From Antechinus flavipes (taxonomy: Eukaryota): a stretch of DNA of 64,000 nucleotides. Position 1 is the first letter of the stretch, and every line of letters begins with the position of its first letter. The translations under genes were made by a program, and so were the position numbers. The stretch covers positions 352,656,001-352,720,000 of the forward strand of contig NC_067398.1 in NCBI RefSeq assembly GCF_016432865.1, written 5' to 3'. The notes below the pieces were generated by a model. That model was given only the letters and a program-made list of their open reading frames with translations. It searched no databases and had not been told where the DNA came from. This document shows, one piece after another, positions 36,195 through 48,654 of this stretch.

Positions 36195-36400
36195 CTCCGG
36201 CAAATCTTGTTTGTGACTCAGCTGCCTGGAAAGGCAACTCGGTTGGCAGCTGCTGGAGGAATTCTCCAACAGAAAGCCTAGCAGTGGGCTTGATTCTATT
36301 CATTTATCTTCTGCGTTTACGCAGCCGCTACTTAAAGCCTTGGGCACTGGAGGGAAACGCTTCCGACACTCAGCTTTCCCTAACGAGCCTCAGCTACTGG
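36195..36400 (-). other. Candidate first exon (left end is the donor; 5' end unknown)
   Basis: Consensus GAG|GTGAGT donor at 36195/36194, inside the CpG island. Confidence 0.5.
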
Positions 36401-37309
36401 GAGAGTGATTTTGAACGGCAAAGAGTCCGAGTGGAAGACAGAGGAAGGATCCCAATGAAAAAAAGGGATGAAGATTAAGCTTTGGAAAAATTGAGAATCC
36501 TAAGGACATGGCTGGGCACAGCTCAGGGCCCTTCTTCCAACAGACAACTGACAAGTTTGGTAAATAAAGGTCAATGTCAAAGCAAGCTAACAGATAAATT
36601 AATACTTCTGGTACCTTTAAATAGTTGTACCTGTGTTTGCTAAAACTCTGGTCTGCTGATGGTAATGGGACCATTATTTAGTCAAGGCTAGGTCTAATCT
36701 ATATGAAGCCCCCAAATCCAACTGATGGAATCAATTTAGCAAAATAAATAAAATACATTTTTTTTTTAAAAAAGAAGGCCAAAGGAGGTCTTTGGCATCA
36801 CATTGACAGTGAAGTCTGATTGGTTTTCCTGATTTTTCACTTGATTCTGGGGTGCCCAGTTGACAACCACAGAACCCTTAGTACTTAGGGATTAGAGAAG
36901 GAGGAGGAGGGAGAAAATGTAGAAGGGGAGGAACAGGGAGGGGAAAGAAGGGGAGGAGGAAGACTGGAGAAAACAGCTAGGAGGTGGTAGATCCTGCTTT
37001 CCTTGTTGCTTTTACACCCTCTATCCCCATGATCCATTTGGGGAGTGGAAGCTAAGTTGTGTATAAAGCCAAACTGAATCAACAAATGAGAAAGTCAGGC
37101 GACAATGTACCTAGGGCAGTAATAGAAAAGGTTTGAGACTGAGTCTCAGGAGATTTGGATAGAAGCTCTGTGTCTTACAAGCAAATCAGTCCATTTCTCT
37201 CTAGACACTGATCTCCAGATTTTTTTGGTTATTAATCACATCTCCTTATTATTTTTAAAATGCTGATCATGCATCCACAACATTTATTAATTACAAAAGA
37301 ATCAGAATG

Positions 37310-37500
37310 ACAGAGGACATCCAATTCAGGAAAATCTCTTTTCAAGTCCCACTTCTACCACTTACTGATAATATGACTCTGGTCAAGTCACTTAACATCT
37401 AAGTGTTCTAAGCAACTTGCTAAGTCTATAAATTTTGGAGAAGGCATTAATTTGTTTTTTTTTTTTTTGGAATATAGGAAAAAATTTCCTATAATGGTCA
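37310..37500 (+). mobile_element. MdoRep1-like marsupial SINE (related copies at about 16000-16175, 21610-21740 and 61700-61955)
   Basis: gtcacttaacatctaagtgttctaagcaacttgctaagtctataaattttggagaagg. Family name is from recall. Confidence 0.55.
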
Positions 37501-38069
37501 AGTCACAAAATACTACACAAAGTACTACTGTTCCCATGTATTGCATGCATTATAAAATGATTAGAGGTAGCTATTTTTAAAAGATGAATAATATTTTAAA
37601 GATCTTATCAAAATACAATACCTCATTTTATTTTAAATAACATTGTAAATATTATTTCAAATGGTCCTTGGCTGAGGTAAATATAGGAATGCATTCTAGT
37701 GTCTTAGAACCAAACTGCCTGAGTAGGGAGAAAGACCTGGGGCTTGGGAATATGCTAGAATCTGTGAGGATCTGGCTGCCTGAATAAATCGAGTGGGATC
37801 AGAGAGTGTATTTGTGACCTTGAGCTAGATAAGCAAATCAAGTGAGGCAGGGACTAGATTACCCAGGCAAGGGAGTATAAATTTGTATAAGTATATACCT
37901 CCATGCATACTCCCAAATTAATTAATTTGGGAGAGATACCCCTGGATTCAAATTTCCTCTCTCCTCCTCTTGTGCCAGTCATTGTCTGACTCCTCAGAGT
38001 AGTTATAATTTAAATGCCCATGGCAGTTGCTCAAGCACAGTTGGGAACATTCTCTCACCCATTCTCAGC

Positions 38070-38092
38070 ATATATATATATATATATATATA
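38070..38092 (+). repeat. (TA)11 microsatellite
   Basis: Direct read. Confidence 0.95.
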
Positions 38093-38940
38093 CTGCATCC
38101 TAGATCTTCTCCAAGCCTCAGTGGGTACAGCTCACGAAAGAGCTGGTGACATTGTTTGAGACTACACAGCCTGTGATCAGTTATTTACTGAGAATGGGCT
38201 TTCTAATCCCCATCTTCCAATTGTTGATGCTATAAGATATACCCCATAGATTAATTTATGCATCCCTCTTTGGAAATCATTGCTCCAGGTTGCATTTCTC
38301 TCCCCATCTGTCAAAGAGAATATTCAACAAAATGTCTCTTAAATTTCTTTTCAGTTCTAATATTGTCATTCTTCTCTCCCCTCCCTTTCCAATCCCATTC
38401 CTTAGATTTCCCTGGAATCGGGAGAGGGGAGTAAAGAAGGGTAAGGAAGACTAGCCACTAGTCATTTCAAGGAATAGATTTTTCAGTAACTTGTATAGCA
38501 AAGTACTTTGTTAAAAGAAGACTATAGAATTTCTCCTAACACTTTCTCAAGCCACCCCACTTCTCCTGTATTAGTAAAATCTCACTATAGTTATAGCATT
38601 AGGAAGGTTAAAAGCCAAGCAACCTGAGTTTGAATATATATTTGTGTGTCCATGGACAAGATAGTTAAACTTTCTGACCATCAACTTCATCTAGAAATGA
38701 GGGTATTGCATTAAAATGTCTCTCTGGTCATTTCTAGCTCCAAATCTATGCCTTTTGTATTCTTTAAGAGTACTGCTTTAATACAGTTACATTTTTTTCC
38801 CCGCATCAGGGTTCAGTAGAAAAGCCATTCAATTAGGACTCAAAGGACCTGGATTCAAATCCAATAACTTGCTCTCTTGGAGGTTTTAGTTTCCTTAATG
38901 ATAAGAATAGGAGCAGTGGAGGAGGTAAAGTAGTTGAATT

Positions 38941-39485
38941 CTAAAATCCTTTCATCTGTAAACCTATGACCAAAACATCTTTCTTGGCCATCACTCCCCA
39001 ATTAGAATAAAAGCATTTTCTGGAAAGACTTGCATGAACTGATGCTAACTGAAATGAGAAGAACCAGAACATTATACACAGTAATAACAAAATTATGCGA
39101 TGATCAACTGTGATAGACTTGACTCTTCTCAACAATGAGATGATTTAAGAGTTCCAATAGAATTGTGATAGAGCCATCTGTATCCAGAGAGAGAACTATG
39201 AAGACTGAATGTGGATCAAAGCATAATATTTTCACTTTTTTTTTTTTTTTGGTGTTTTCATTTGTTTGCTTGTTGTTTTTTTTTTTTTCTTTCAAATGTT
39301 TTTCCCTTTTGATCTAAATTTTTTCTTGCACTGAATGATGACTATAGAAATATGTTTAAAAGAATTATATATGTTTAACTTATATAGGATTGATTGCTAT
39401 TTAGGGGAGGGAGAAAAATTTAGAATACATGGTTTTGCAAAGCTTGAAAATATCTTTGCATATATTTGCAAAAATAAAAAGCTAT
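38941..39485 (+). mobile_element. L1 3' region
   Basis: ctggaaagacttgcatgaactgatgctaactgaaatgagaagaaccagaac...gagagaactatgaagactgaatgtggatcaaagcat. Confidence 0.9.
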
Positions 39486-40269
39486 TAAAAATGGAAGAAT
39501 TTTAAGGAGAAGGTTTTTCAAATTAGTTTCCCCAGCATGTAGAACAGTGTCAGCCACATAAGAAGTGCTTAATAATGTGTTTTCATTTATATCTCAAGAA
39601 TCAACATTTAAGGGGTATAGTAATAGCTGTATCTACTATGGATCTATGACTACGTGTATGTTAGTATGTATGTGTGTGTATTTCCAAATGCAAGATAAAC
39701 AGATGTTAGAAGAAAAAACACTTAGAATAGGTTGTTCCATTGTTTTTGCTAATGTATTGGTTTATATAGTGACTATATTCATCACCTAGATTTTCAGTTC
39801 AATTATTACTAACAGAAAAAAATATTCGCTGCCATTGTGATGATGACCCTTTTTTTCTCATATACATAAGTGATGTCACAAGATATTCCAGTTTCTAAAT
39901 GTGACAAAACCAGGGCAATGACTGACTGAGTTATCTTCCCCATGCCTGGTCTTTGGCTTCTGACTCAGGAGTCAAGTATGTTTTTACTAACAGAGAGGGT
40001 GTAGGTAGTTAGAGAGACAAGCAGAGAATTCTTAGGTTTTGCTTTACTTTATTTTGGTAAAACCTTGCTTTTTCAGAAAAAGGGTAGCAAAGTAGAGGTT
40101 GTAGTGGAATTTGTGAAGAATGATTCCCTTAGAACTTAAAAGTATTAAGTCAATCTTTTGAAAAGACAAAAATATTGGTTATTTTTTTTAAAAGAGAAAT
40201 TTGTAAAAACAAGGTAATGATATAACTTAATTACCTTATTAAAAACCTCCTTTCAACATAAATTAAAAT

Positions 40270-40730
40270 AATTTGACCCAATCCTTGCCCTCAATAAGTT
40301 TACAACAACACTGATGTAGACATATTCAACAAGATATTTTGATACACAGAGATACTTATTTCAATAGGGAAAACACTATAGAGATTTTATAGTATAAGAA
40401 CAATTGATTGATAAGTGAGAAATAAAAAAAAAAACTAATACTATGGGTATTGAGTGCCAGATAAATTCCTTTGCAATAATTATTTTCCATGAAAGCAGTA
40501 TGAGACTGGTAGCAAGCTACCCAGGGAAGACTTCAGGTAGCAAGTTTGAAGGAGGGTCATTTACGACTTTTGAAAGGGAAAGTTATAAAGAGGCTAGGAA
40601 AGGAAAGGCAGTAAAGGCATGAAGTGAAACTTGTGAAAAAACTAAGAGGCTACAGATAACAAAGGTGCTAATAGATCTTCCAAGGGACCATGGGAAAATG
40701 GAAATCAATAGAAAATCTCAATGAGTTCAG
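40270..40730 (-). mobile_element. L2 fragment
   Basis: aatccttgccctcaataagtttaca...gggaagacttcaggtagc...gctacagataacaaagg. Confidence 0.55.
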
Positions 40731-41489
40731 AAGACAAGCAAAGATAGCCATTTTTATCTACTTTGGTTTTTACACTTTCTTAAGGGTATTTGGTTTTGTA
40801 TCTGTGTCTAGCACAGTGGCTGCCAGATCGTAAATGTTGTCTCACTAAAGTCCTGTGACACAACCATGATTATTTAAAAAGATTGTCATTAAAAAATCTT
40901 GATGGAAATACCAACTGACAACAGATTAAGATTAGGGATTCATTCTTATGCATGCGTAGCTACAGTTTCAGATCATTTTTGATTAAGTTTATCTAATCAT
41001 AAAGATCTATCAATTCTTTTCCAATTAGAGGAAACTCCAAAGTATGTACAGCATGACTAACATGTCACAAGATCAAGTTCCCAGAGCTAGAATCATCCCT
41101 GCCAATTTTTCTTGCTGCTTTCAGAGATGGGATTGCAGAAAAATTTATGCTTCAGTGACTTTCTTTACAAGCACATGATTTTGAACATGTTGGCTTGTCT
41201 GCATCAGGATACTTGTTTCTGATTTCCATTTATAAAGCTGGATATGTCTAGAAATTTGTACACAGGACTCTGGTAATCTTAACCTTTTTCTCAATCTTAT
41301 TTTAACCTCAACATCCTCATTTGTAAGGTGAAGATACTTTTTTTGGTGTCACCTGTGTAGGTTGTGCAAATGGGTGAACATATATATTTGTTCTTTTCCT
41401 TCTAGGTAAAGCTGTTGTAAAGATATGGAGATTTCCTCAAAGGTCTTTGCACTTGTTCTATTTGCAAAGCCATCTGACTACATAATCAT

Positions 41490-42060
41490 TATCCTTGTCA
41501 GTCAAACACCAAGCATTTAAGCCTTTACTATGTGTCAGGCACTGTTCAAGAACAAGGGATAAAAAGAAAGGCAAAGACACGATCCTTGCCCTCAAGGAAT
41601 TCACAGTCTAATGAGACAATATGAGAATAGCTATGTACATATAAGATACATGCACACATATACATGTATGTACGTGTGTGTATGATACCTCTTAAGGGTA
41701 AATGGGAAATAATCTCAGAGGGAACACGCTAGCAGTAAAGGAATTTTACAGTAATTGGAAAGACTTGCTGCAAAAGATAAGCATTGAAGAAAGTCAGAGA
41801 AGAAAAGAAGGAGAGCTCTCCAGGAATGGAGGACAGCAAGTAGTTAAACATGGAGTCAGGAGAAGCACTGTGAAGGGAAGTAAAGTGCAACAAGACCAAA
41901 GAAAAGTAAAAAGGGATCTATTATCATTCTATCATAAGCGGAGCACCCATATGGTTTCAGGGGTGGGGTTGAGGATGATCTTTAAAAAAAGAAGACAATT
42001 TCTTAAAAATATTTTGCAAGCATTTACCACATAAATACTTGTTGATTGATTGATGGTTAT
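41490..42060 (-). mobile_element. L2 3' region
   Basis: cagtcaaacaccaagcatttaagcctttactatgtgtcaggcactg...gccctcaaggaattcacagtcta. Confidence 0.75.
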
Positions 42061-42399
42061 GGAATCTAAATGCACAGTGTGCTATTGGCCAACTCATATT
42101 TTAACTGACATTTTTTATTATATCAGGTCAGCTAAAAATGATATGCCTTGTAATGTTTGTGTAAGGCCATATTCTAACTAAGTTCTTCTTCAGTGCCTCA
42201 CTGTGGTGAAGCTTGCAAAGGACTGCAAAGGGTTTCCTTCAAATATGTATCTGGTAATGGGCTGCGTGTCTGTCACACAAGGATTAGCCTTGCCAAATGT
42301 GGGAAAAGAGTGTAATAATTCTTCTAAGTCAAAGCAGGGCTGTGATCTGTGTCTATAGGAGGAGGATCTCTTTCTGTGAAAAAAAGTTGGTCTGATTAT

Positions 42400-42650
42400 G
42401 TAGCAAAAGGCAATGATAAAAGTGGGCATGGATTTAATACTTTAAAGCTTACAGAGCATTTTGAATACAGTATCCTATTTGAGGCTCACTAAATAACCCC
42501 ATTATTTAGGCACTACGGGCAGTATTATTGTCCCCATTTTACAAATGAGGAAATTGACTATCAGAAAAATTAAATGATTAATTTGAGCTCAGGTTTCTTG
42601 GTTCTAAACTCCAAGCTCTATCCACTACATCACTGCCTCTCAACTGTTAC
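42400..42650 (-). mobile_element. MIR-family SINE
   Basis: tccccattttacaaatgaggaaattgact...aggtttcttggttctaaactccaagctctatccactacatcactgcctc. Confidence 0.75.
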
Positions 42651-42914
42651 ACTGGTACTCAGGCTATTAAAAACAAAGAAAAGAAAAGAAAAGAGAAGAA
42701 AAGAAAACCCAGAAGACATCCTCCAGTATATTGTGGAAAATATTGACAAGAATTAAAAGATGGGTGCCCTGTTAGAGCGGATATGCATCTGTGATATAAC
42801 AGATCCATTACAAAAATGGAAACAATCTGACTGGGTTAGACTAGATAGTATCTAGGGTTCTCCCAGTTTAAATCTATGATCCTACCATTATAAATTCTAT
42901 AAATTCTATTGGTT

Positions 42915-43150
42915 TTTTTTTTTCAGTTGTTTCAGTCATGTACTGCTCTTTGTGACCACATTTGGGGTTTTCTGTCAAAAACACTAGAGTGGTTTGCCAT
43001 TTCCTTCTCCAACTCATTTTATAGAGGAAAAAACTGAGACAAATAGGGTTAAGTGATTTACCAAGAATCACATAGCTAGTAAATGTCTGAGACCGGATTC
43101 AAGCTTGGGAAGATGAATATTTCTAACTCCAAGCCCAGAGTTCTACCATC
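42915..43150 (-). mobile_element. MAR1-like SINE
   Basis: ttcagttgtttcagtcatg...tttggggttttc...tttgccatttccttctccaactcattttatagaggaaaaaactgag. Confidence 0.85.
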
Positions 43151-43939
43151 TGCACCATCTAGTTGTGACCTAAAGATTCTATATTATACATCTTTTGAAA
43201 AACAGCATGAAAAACAGAAAAAAACAGTATGAAAAATAGTAAATTATTTATCATAATGACAAATTAAAACACTTGGAATTCATATTGCTGGCCCAAATAT
43301 TTGATTCATTCCTATTTGCTGATCCTTTATCTACAAGTATTACATCGAAAGTTGGAATTACACTATGGAATGTAGTGTAATGTTTATTACATTGAATAAG
43401 CATTGAAGCAAGAATTCAGATAATTTGGTTCCAACATATGTTTTTGTCAGTAATATCTACCTAATTTGGGGGAAGGGAATGCATTTCTCCATTGTATAAT
43501 ATTTACTTTGAACTTAGAAAGAAGGCTGTTCACTTGCCCTAGATAAAGTTGGAATTGTGTATGTTGAACTATGGAAATAATAATAATGGGGTCATAGGGT
43601 TATAGATTAAGAAGACTAGAAGAATCTTTTCAGGCCATTTCGCCTAACTACCTCATTTAATAGATGGCAAAACTAATACCATGTAGTCTGTCACAAAGTG
43701 GCAAAAATAAAATTTGAATCCAGATTCTTTGATTCTAAAACTAACACATATCTGCTATATCAGAATGCTAGAGATGATACTGCTATGAATATTGGATTTA
43801 GCACGAATCTGAGGCCTGACACGAAAATATTACTTTAAAGAACTAAAAAAAGTACAGTGAAATTAATACAGAGGAATGAAAGGTGAAGATTCTCAAGGGA
43901 ATTAATGGAAAAAAGTGAGAAGAAAGAAAGCTTACCAGT

Positions 43940-46350
43940 ATTGGATTTCAATTTATAATCCAAAGCAATAACCATCAAACTATCTGGAATTGTTTTTTTT
44001 TTTTTTAAAGCTGATTAGTAGAACTGGTTAATTAAAATATATACAGAAGTGAGCCTAATAGCTTTGTTTGATAAACTAAAGATCCCAACTGTTGGGATAA
44101 AAACTATTTGACAAAAATAACTGGGAAAATTGATAGCAACCGGCATAAATTTGTCTAGACCAACACTTTACATTACACATTAATATAAATTCTAAATGGA
44201 TACATGATCTGGATATAAAAGCCACAACCTAAAACAAAATTAGAGGAACTTTTCTAAGGAAGAAAAGACTTTTCAAATGATGGATAGAAGAAAATTTTGT
44301 GACCAAGCAAGTGATAGAAAGGTTCAAGGGAAAGAAACTGGATGCTTTTGAGTATCTGAAGCTATAGACTATAAATGGATAGCTATAAATGTATAAACTT
44401 GTAAGCTATAATTGTAGTTGTCTTTGTGATCTATAAATTTGTGCATCTAGTTTATGTAAGATTTTAATACATTCCTTTAATATTCTCAAATGAAAATAGA
44501 ATAGCAATTTTATGTAAGACAATACCAAAATTTTGTAAGTCATCTTAAGAGCAGCAAATTATAATGTCTGAAATATTATTGGATAAGGACAAATAAAAGT
44601 GGTACAAGTAAACTGAAAAACATGAAAAAATTATAAAGTTTTTGCACAATTATAAAGCTAAGAATAGAAGGGAAACTGTTAAGTAGGGGGGGAAATCTCT
44701 GAAGCAAGTTTGGTTTCATTTTCAAGCTAGATAAGGAACTGATTAAAATTCATAGGAATAAGAGTCATTATTCAATTGAGACTTCAAATCATATAAACAG
44801 GCTCTTCTCAAAGAAAGAAATACACGCTATCAACAATCATGAAAATGTTCCAAATCACTAATAAGAGAAATAAAAATTAAAGTAACTATAAGGTTCTACC
44901 ACATATCCATCAGATTGGCAAAGATTTTTAAAAAATGGAAACTGACAAATGTAAGCTTTGAAATAAGTAGCCCATAAATAGATTGTTAGCAGAGCTATGA
45001 ATTGGTACAGCCATTATGGAAAGCAATTTGGAATTAATCCCTCCAAATGACAAACTACACATTCTCTTTGACTCTATGATACCACTACTAAGTCTGTTCT
45101 CCAAAGAGAGCAAAGCAAAGAAAAGGGGAAAGAACATATATATATATATATATAATATTTAACATATTTTTTATAATTGCAAAGAATTGGTAGCTAAATG
45201 GATATCCATCAGTTGGAGAACAATTAAACAGATTATGTTGCTATTACAAAAAACCAAAACAATGAAATCTTAGAATAATAAAACATAATTAAATTGGCAT
45301 TTGAATATTTTTAAAAGTAGGAGTAAAGGCCTAGCATTATCACATTTCAAACAATATTATAAAGCAAAAATTACTAAATTTTACCACTATTATTTTATGG
45401 AAGCTAGACATGGAATACCATTTTCTCCAAAGAATTAAAAAGGAATATTACACAGAGGACAGTGGAGGGAAGCATGGAGAGTATGAGCATCTTTTAACAT
45501 GTAATAAAGCTGTGGGAATATGTAGAGAACAAAAAAACTGGTGGATGGGGTAGAAGGAAGGACTTTTAAAGGAGTAAGTAGATTGGGATTTGGGAAGTTT
45601 GGTGGTGGTGGGAATCTGGGAGTGATGATGGGATGAAGAGTAGAAGTATGAGAGAAGAAGATAAAGTAATAGAGATAATGTAAAAAGAGAGGCTAAGAAA
45701 GAAATAGTGAGTGAAAATAAGATGGAGGGACGTTCATAAATAGTAATTATAACATTGAATATGAATTTGCTATTTATAGCAATTCTCTGTGGTTGCAAAG
45801 AGCTGGAAATTGCAGGGTTGCTTATCAATTGGGGAATGGATAAATAAGCCATAGTGTGTGGTTATGTTGCAATACTATTTTGCTTATAAGGAATGATGAG
45901 CTCAATGATCTTAGAAAGGCATGAAAACTCATAAAACAGTGAAGAACAAAGTGAGCAGAACCAAGAGAACATTGTATACAGTAATAGTAATATTATTTTA
46001 AGAATGACTATGAGCAACCAAGTCATTTTGATGAAATAAATACATAAATTAGAAACAAAGGACATATGAAGAAAGATGCTATCTGTATCCAGAGAAAGAA
46101 CTGATAAATATAAATAGTGTAGGTACTTATTTATGTCAAATGGTAGTTTTCTCTAGGGCAGGGGGGAAGAGGGAAGGAGGGAAAAAAGAAAAAAAATTAA
46201 ATGTTGACTATCATATTTTTAAAAAATAGCAAAATGTACATAATAGGTTTGTAGTTTCATGTGCAATCATCTTTTTAAAATTATATTATGTTATGAAAAT
46301 GCTTGTTTTACTCTACTAAATAAAATTTAAAACTAAAAAAATTTTAAAAA
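43940..46350 (+). mobile_element. Old L1 ORF2 3' half and 3'UTR (mosaic of at least two copies)
   Basis: aactatttgacaaaaataactggg, aatatgtttgaccagcc-like motifs, cagccattatggaaagcaatttggaatta, and a 3'UTR to the A tail. Heavily disrupted. Confidence 0.8.
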
Positions 46351-46599
46351 GAAAAAACAAGTAAAAGCTATCATCAAGGAATTATATGACTAGAAGAGAT
46401 GTGCTATTCATATAGTGAAAGTTTAGATTGATAGGACAAGAGCCAGAGAGCATCCTTAAAATAACAGGAGAAAGGAGAACCTTTTGTGGTAGATTATTGT
46501 GAGGAGGACATGGGCAAGTCAAACAGGAAGAGTTGGCATGAAAGGGCTTTGATGTGTTTCAATAGGGAGAACTCCAATCAATGAGATTATAAATTCATA

Positions 46600-48030
46600 T
46601 AATTACCATTAGTTGATACTAATTTTAAAAATAAAAAGGCGATCAATTAATTATATGTTAGAGAGTATTCTCCTTTATTTGATTGTTGAGGAAAATGGAG
46701 AGCAGTTTGACAGAATTACATTTTAGATTTCGTTTAATACCATATTTTACAATAAAATCCCAATTATTGTGTGATCTAAAAGTAAAAGACCACATCTCTA
46801 AAAATTAGGGAAGAATGGAAGAATATGCCTTGTACAGCCATAATGGCAACTTAACTAAGCAAGAAATAGAGGTAATATAAGAAGTAAAATAATCAATTTA
46901 CATTGCATAAAATTATAAAGATTTTGCATAGTCAAATCAATGCTTCCATGATAAAAATGGAAATTGTCAATTGAGAAAAAAATCTTTGTAGTAAATATGT
47001 CTGATAAATATCTTATATCCAAGATATATAAGAAATTAATATAGATATGTTAGAATAAAATTGATTTCTGAATAATTAAATGGTCAAAAGCTTAGAATTA
47101 ACAGTTTTCAAAAGAAACAATAAAATGATCAATAACCATATTAAAGAAGGCTCCAAATCTCTAATTACAGTATAAGAGAAATGCATACTCTTAAAATGTA
47201 CAACTTGCTATTCCTTTTGAATATATAATAAAGGTATCAAGGATCTTTCTTCTCTTTCCTTCCACTCCATTGATGGTTACTATTAGAAACAAATATTCAA
47301 ATTCAAATAACTTTGATGTTATACCTTACAGTCTTCAAAGATGATATAAATTGGCAAATGGCAAATGTTGGAGAGACTATAGAAAGATAAATATACTAAT
47401 GTACTATTGTTTGAACCATGATGAATGGTATACCCTCTTTGGATCAGCAACACCAGTATTGTACTTGTTAAAAAATTTAAAAGGGCTTAAAAATAAAAGG
47501 AAAGATTCCACATATGTGAAAAATCTTCATGGTAGCAAAAACGTAAGAACAAAGCAAATTTCTACTGGCTGGAAACTATTTGAACAAATTGTGGCATATG
47601 GATATTATAAAGTATCATACCAAAAGAAATAACAAATATGAAGGAATCAAGGAATCTTGGAAAGACTTATAGAAACTCATTCAGAGTAAAATAAACTGAA
47701 CCAGAAGAAACATTTACAGAATAATCAAAATAACATAAAGGAAAACAAGGAAAAAGCAGGAGAATTTGATCAATTCAGGAACCAATTGTGATTTCAGAGA
47801 AATGATGGTGAGGTATATATCTGCCTTTTCTTAGCCAAAGAAATGCCAGACTATTTGGTGGAAAATGAGGTCTATACTATGAGACATGACCAAAGGGTTC
47901 ATTTGTTATCAACCTGAACTTATTAATTTGTTATATGACATCCAAGATTCTTAGGCTTTGAGAAAGTGACAATAATATTAAAAATAAACAAGCCAACAAT
48001 AAAGCATTTCTTAAAAAGCTTCAGATTAAT
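46600..48030 (+). mobile_element. Old L1 ORF2 3' half and 3'UTR
   Basis: aatggtcaaaagcttagaattaacagttttcaaaag, gcaaatgttggagagactatag, ggaatcttggaaagacttatagaa. Confidence 0.7.
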
Positions 48031-48654
48031 TAAAAAATAACCACATGCTCTTCTTTTCTGAGAGCGAAATGTAGCCAATTCTGGATTTTGACTTATAGAT
48101 TAATTTTTTGTCAACTACCACATTCTAATCTTGCTTTACTTGTGTTTCTATGTTGTAATTTTCTTTAAGTTGGAAAATAATATTTGGAAGCTGACTACAT
48201 TCAGAAATGAGAGATATACAAGATAAAGATAAGAGATTATATATACAAATGAGTGCTGTCTTTTTGAAATCAATCCATTTGGGAGACTGATTACATTTCC
48301 ACATCTGCTATCGTATCTCAAACCATTCTTGATTGATAATATAGCCCACTATACCTTAGTGTTTATTTAAATTTGGAAAAATGGTACCCCAGATATTGCA
48401 ATCCTTCACATTGAGCTCACTGTGAAAATAAGTAGCATCTGAATCATTACCACCCACCAACATCTGTCATTTAGAACAGCCACTCATTGCAGTTGAATCA
48501 TGGCAACTACTCCATGATATGTCACTCTGAAGGCTGCAGGACTGAAGAGTAGTAGATTAATTAGAAAGAAACTTTGTTCTATGGAAAGACATACACACAC
48601 ATATATGTATATCCATATTCATACATATACATATATATGTACATGTAATTTCCC

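Larger units (their letters stand above)
35500..36440. promoter_or_regulatory. CpG-rich promoter-like island
   Basis: Hand count of 21 CpG in 35579-35884 and 37 in 35579-36430, in a window otherwise nearly free of CpG. Repeat-free from about 33.9 to 37.1 kb. Contains octamer ATGCAAAT (35534-41), forkhead TAAACA (35512-17), AP-1 TGACTCA (36214-20), E-boxes and splice donors. Confidence 0.8.

Noticed and set aside
43931-43940. Strong minus-strand donor CTG|GTAAGC
   Set aside because: It sits at the edge of an L1 and has no matching acceptor.
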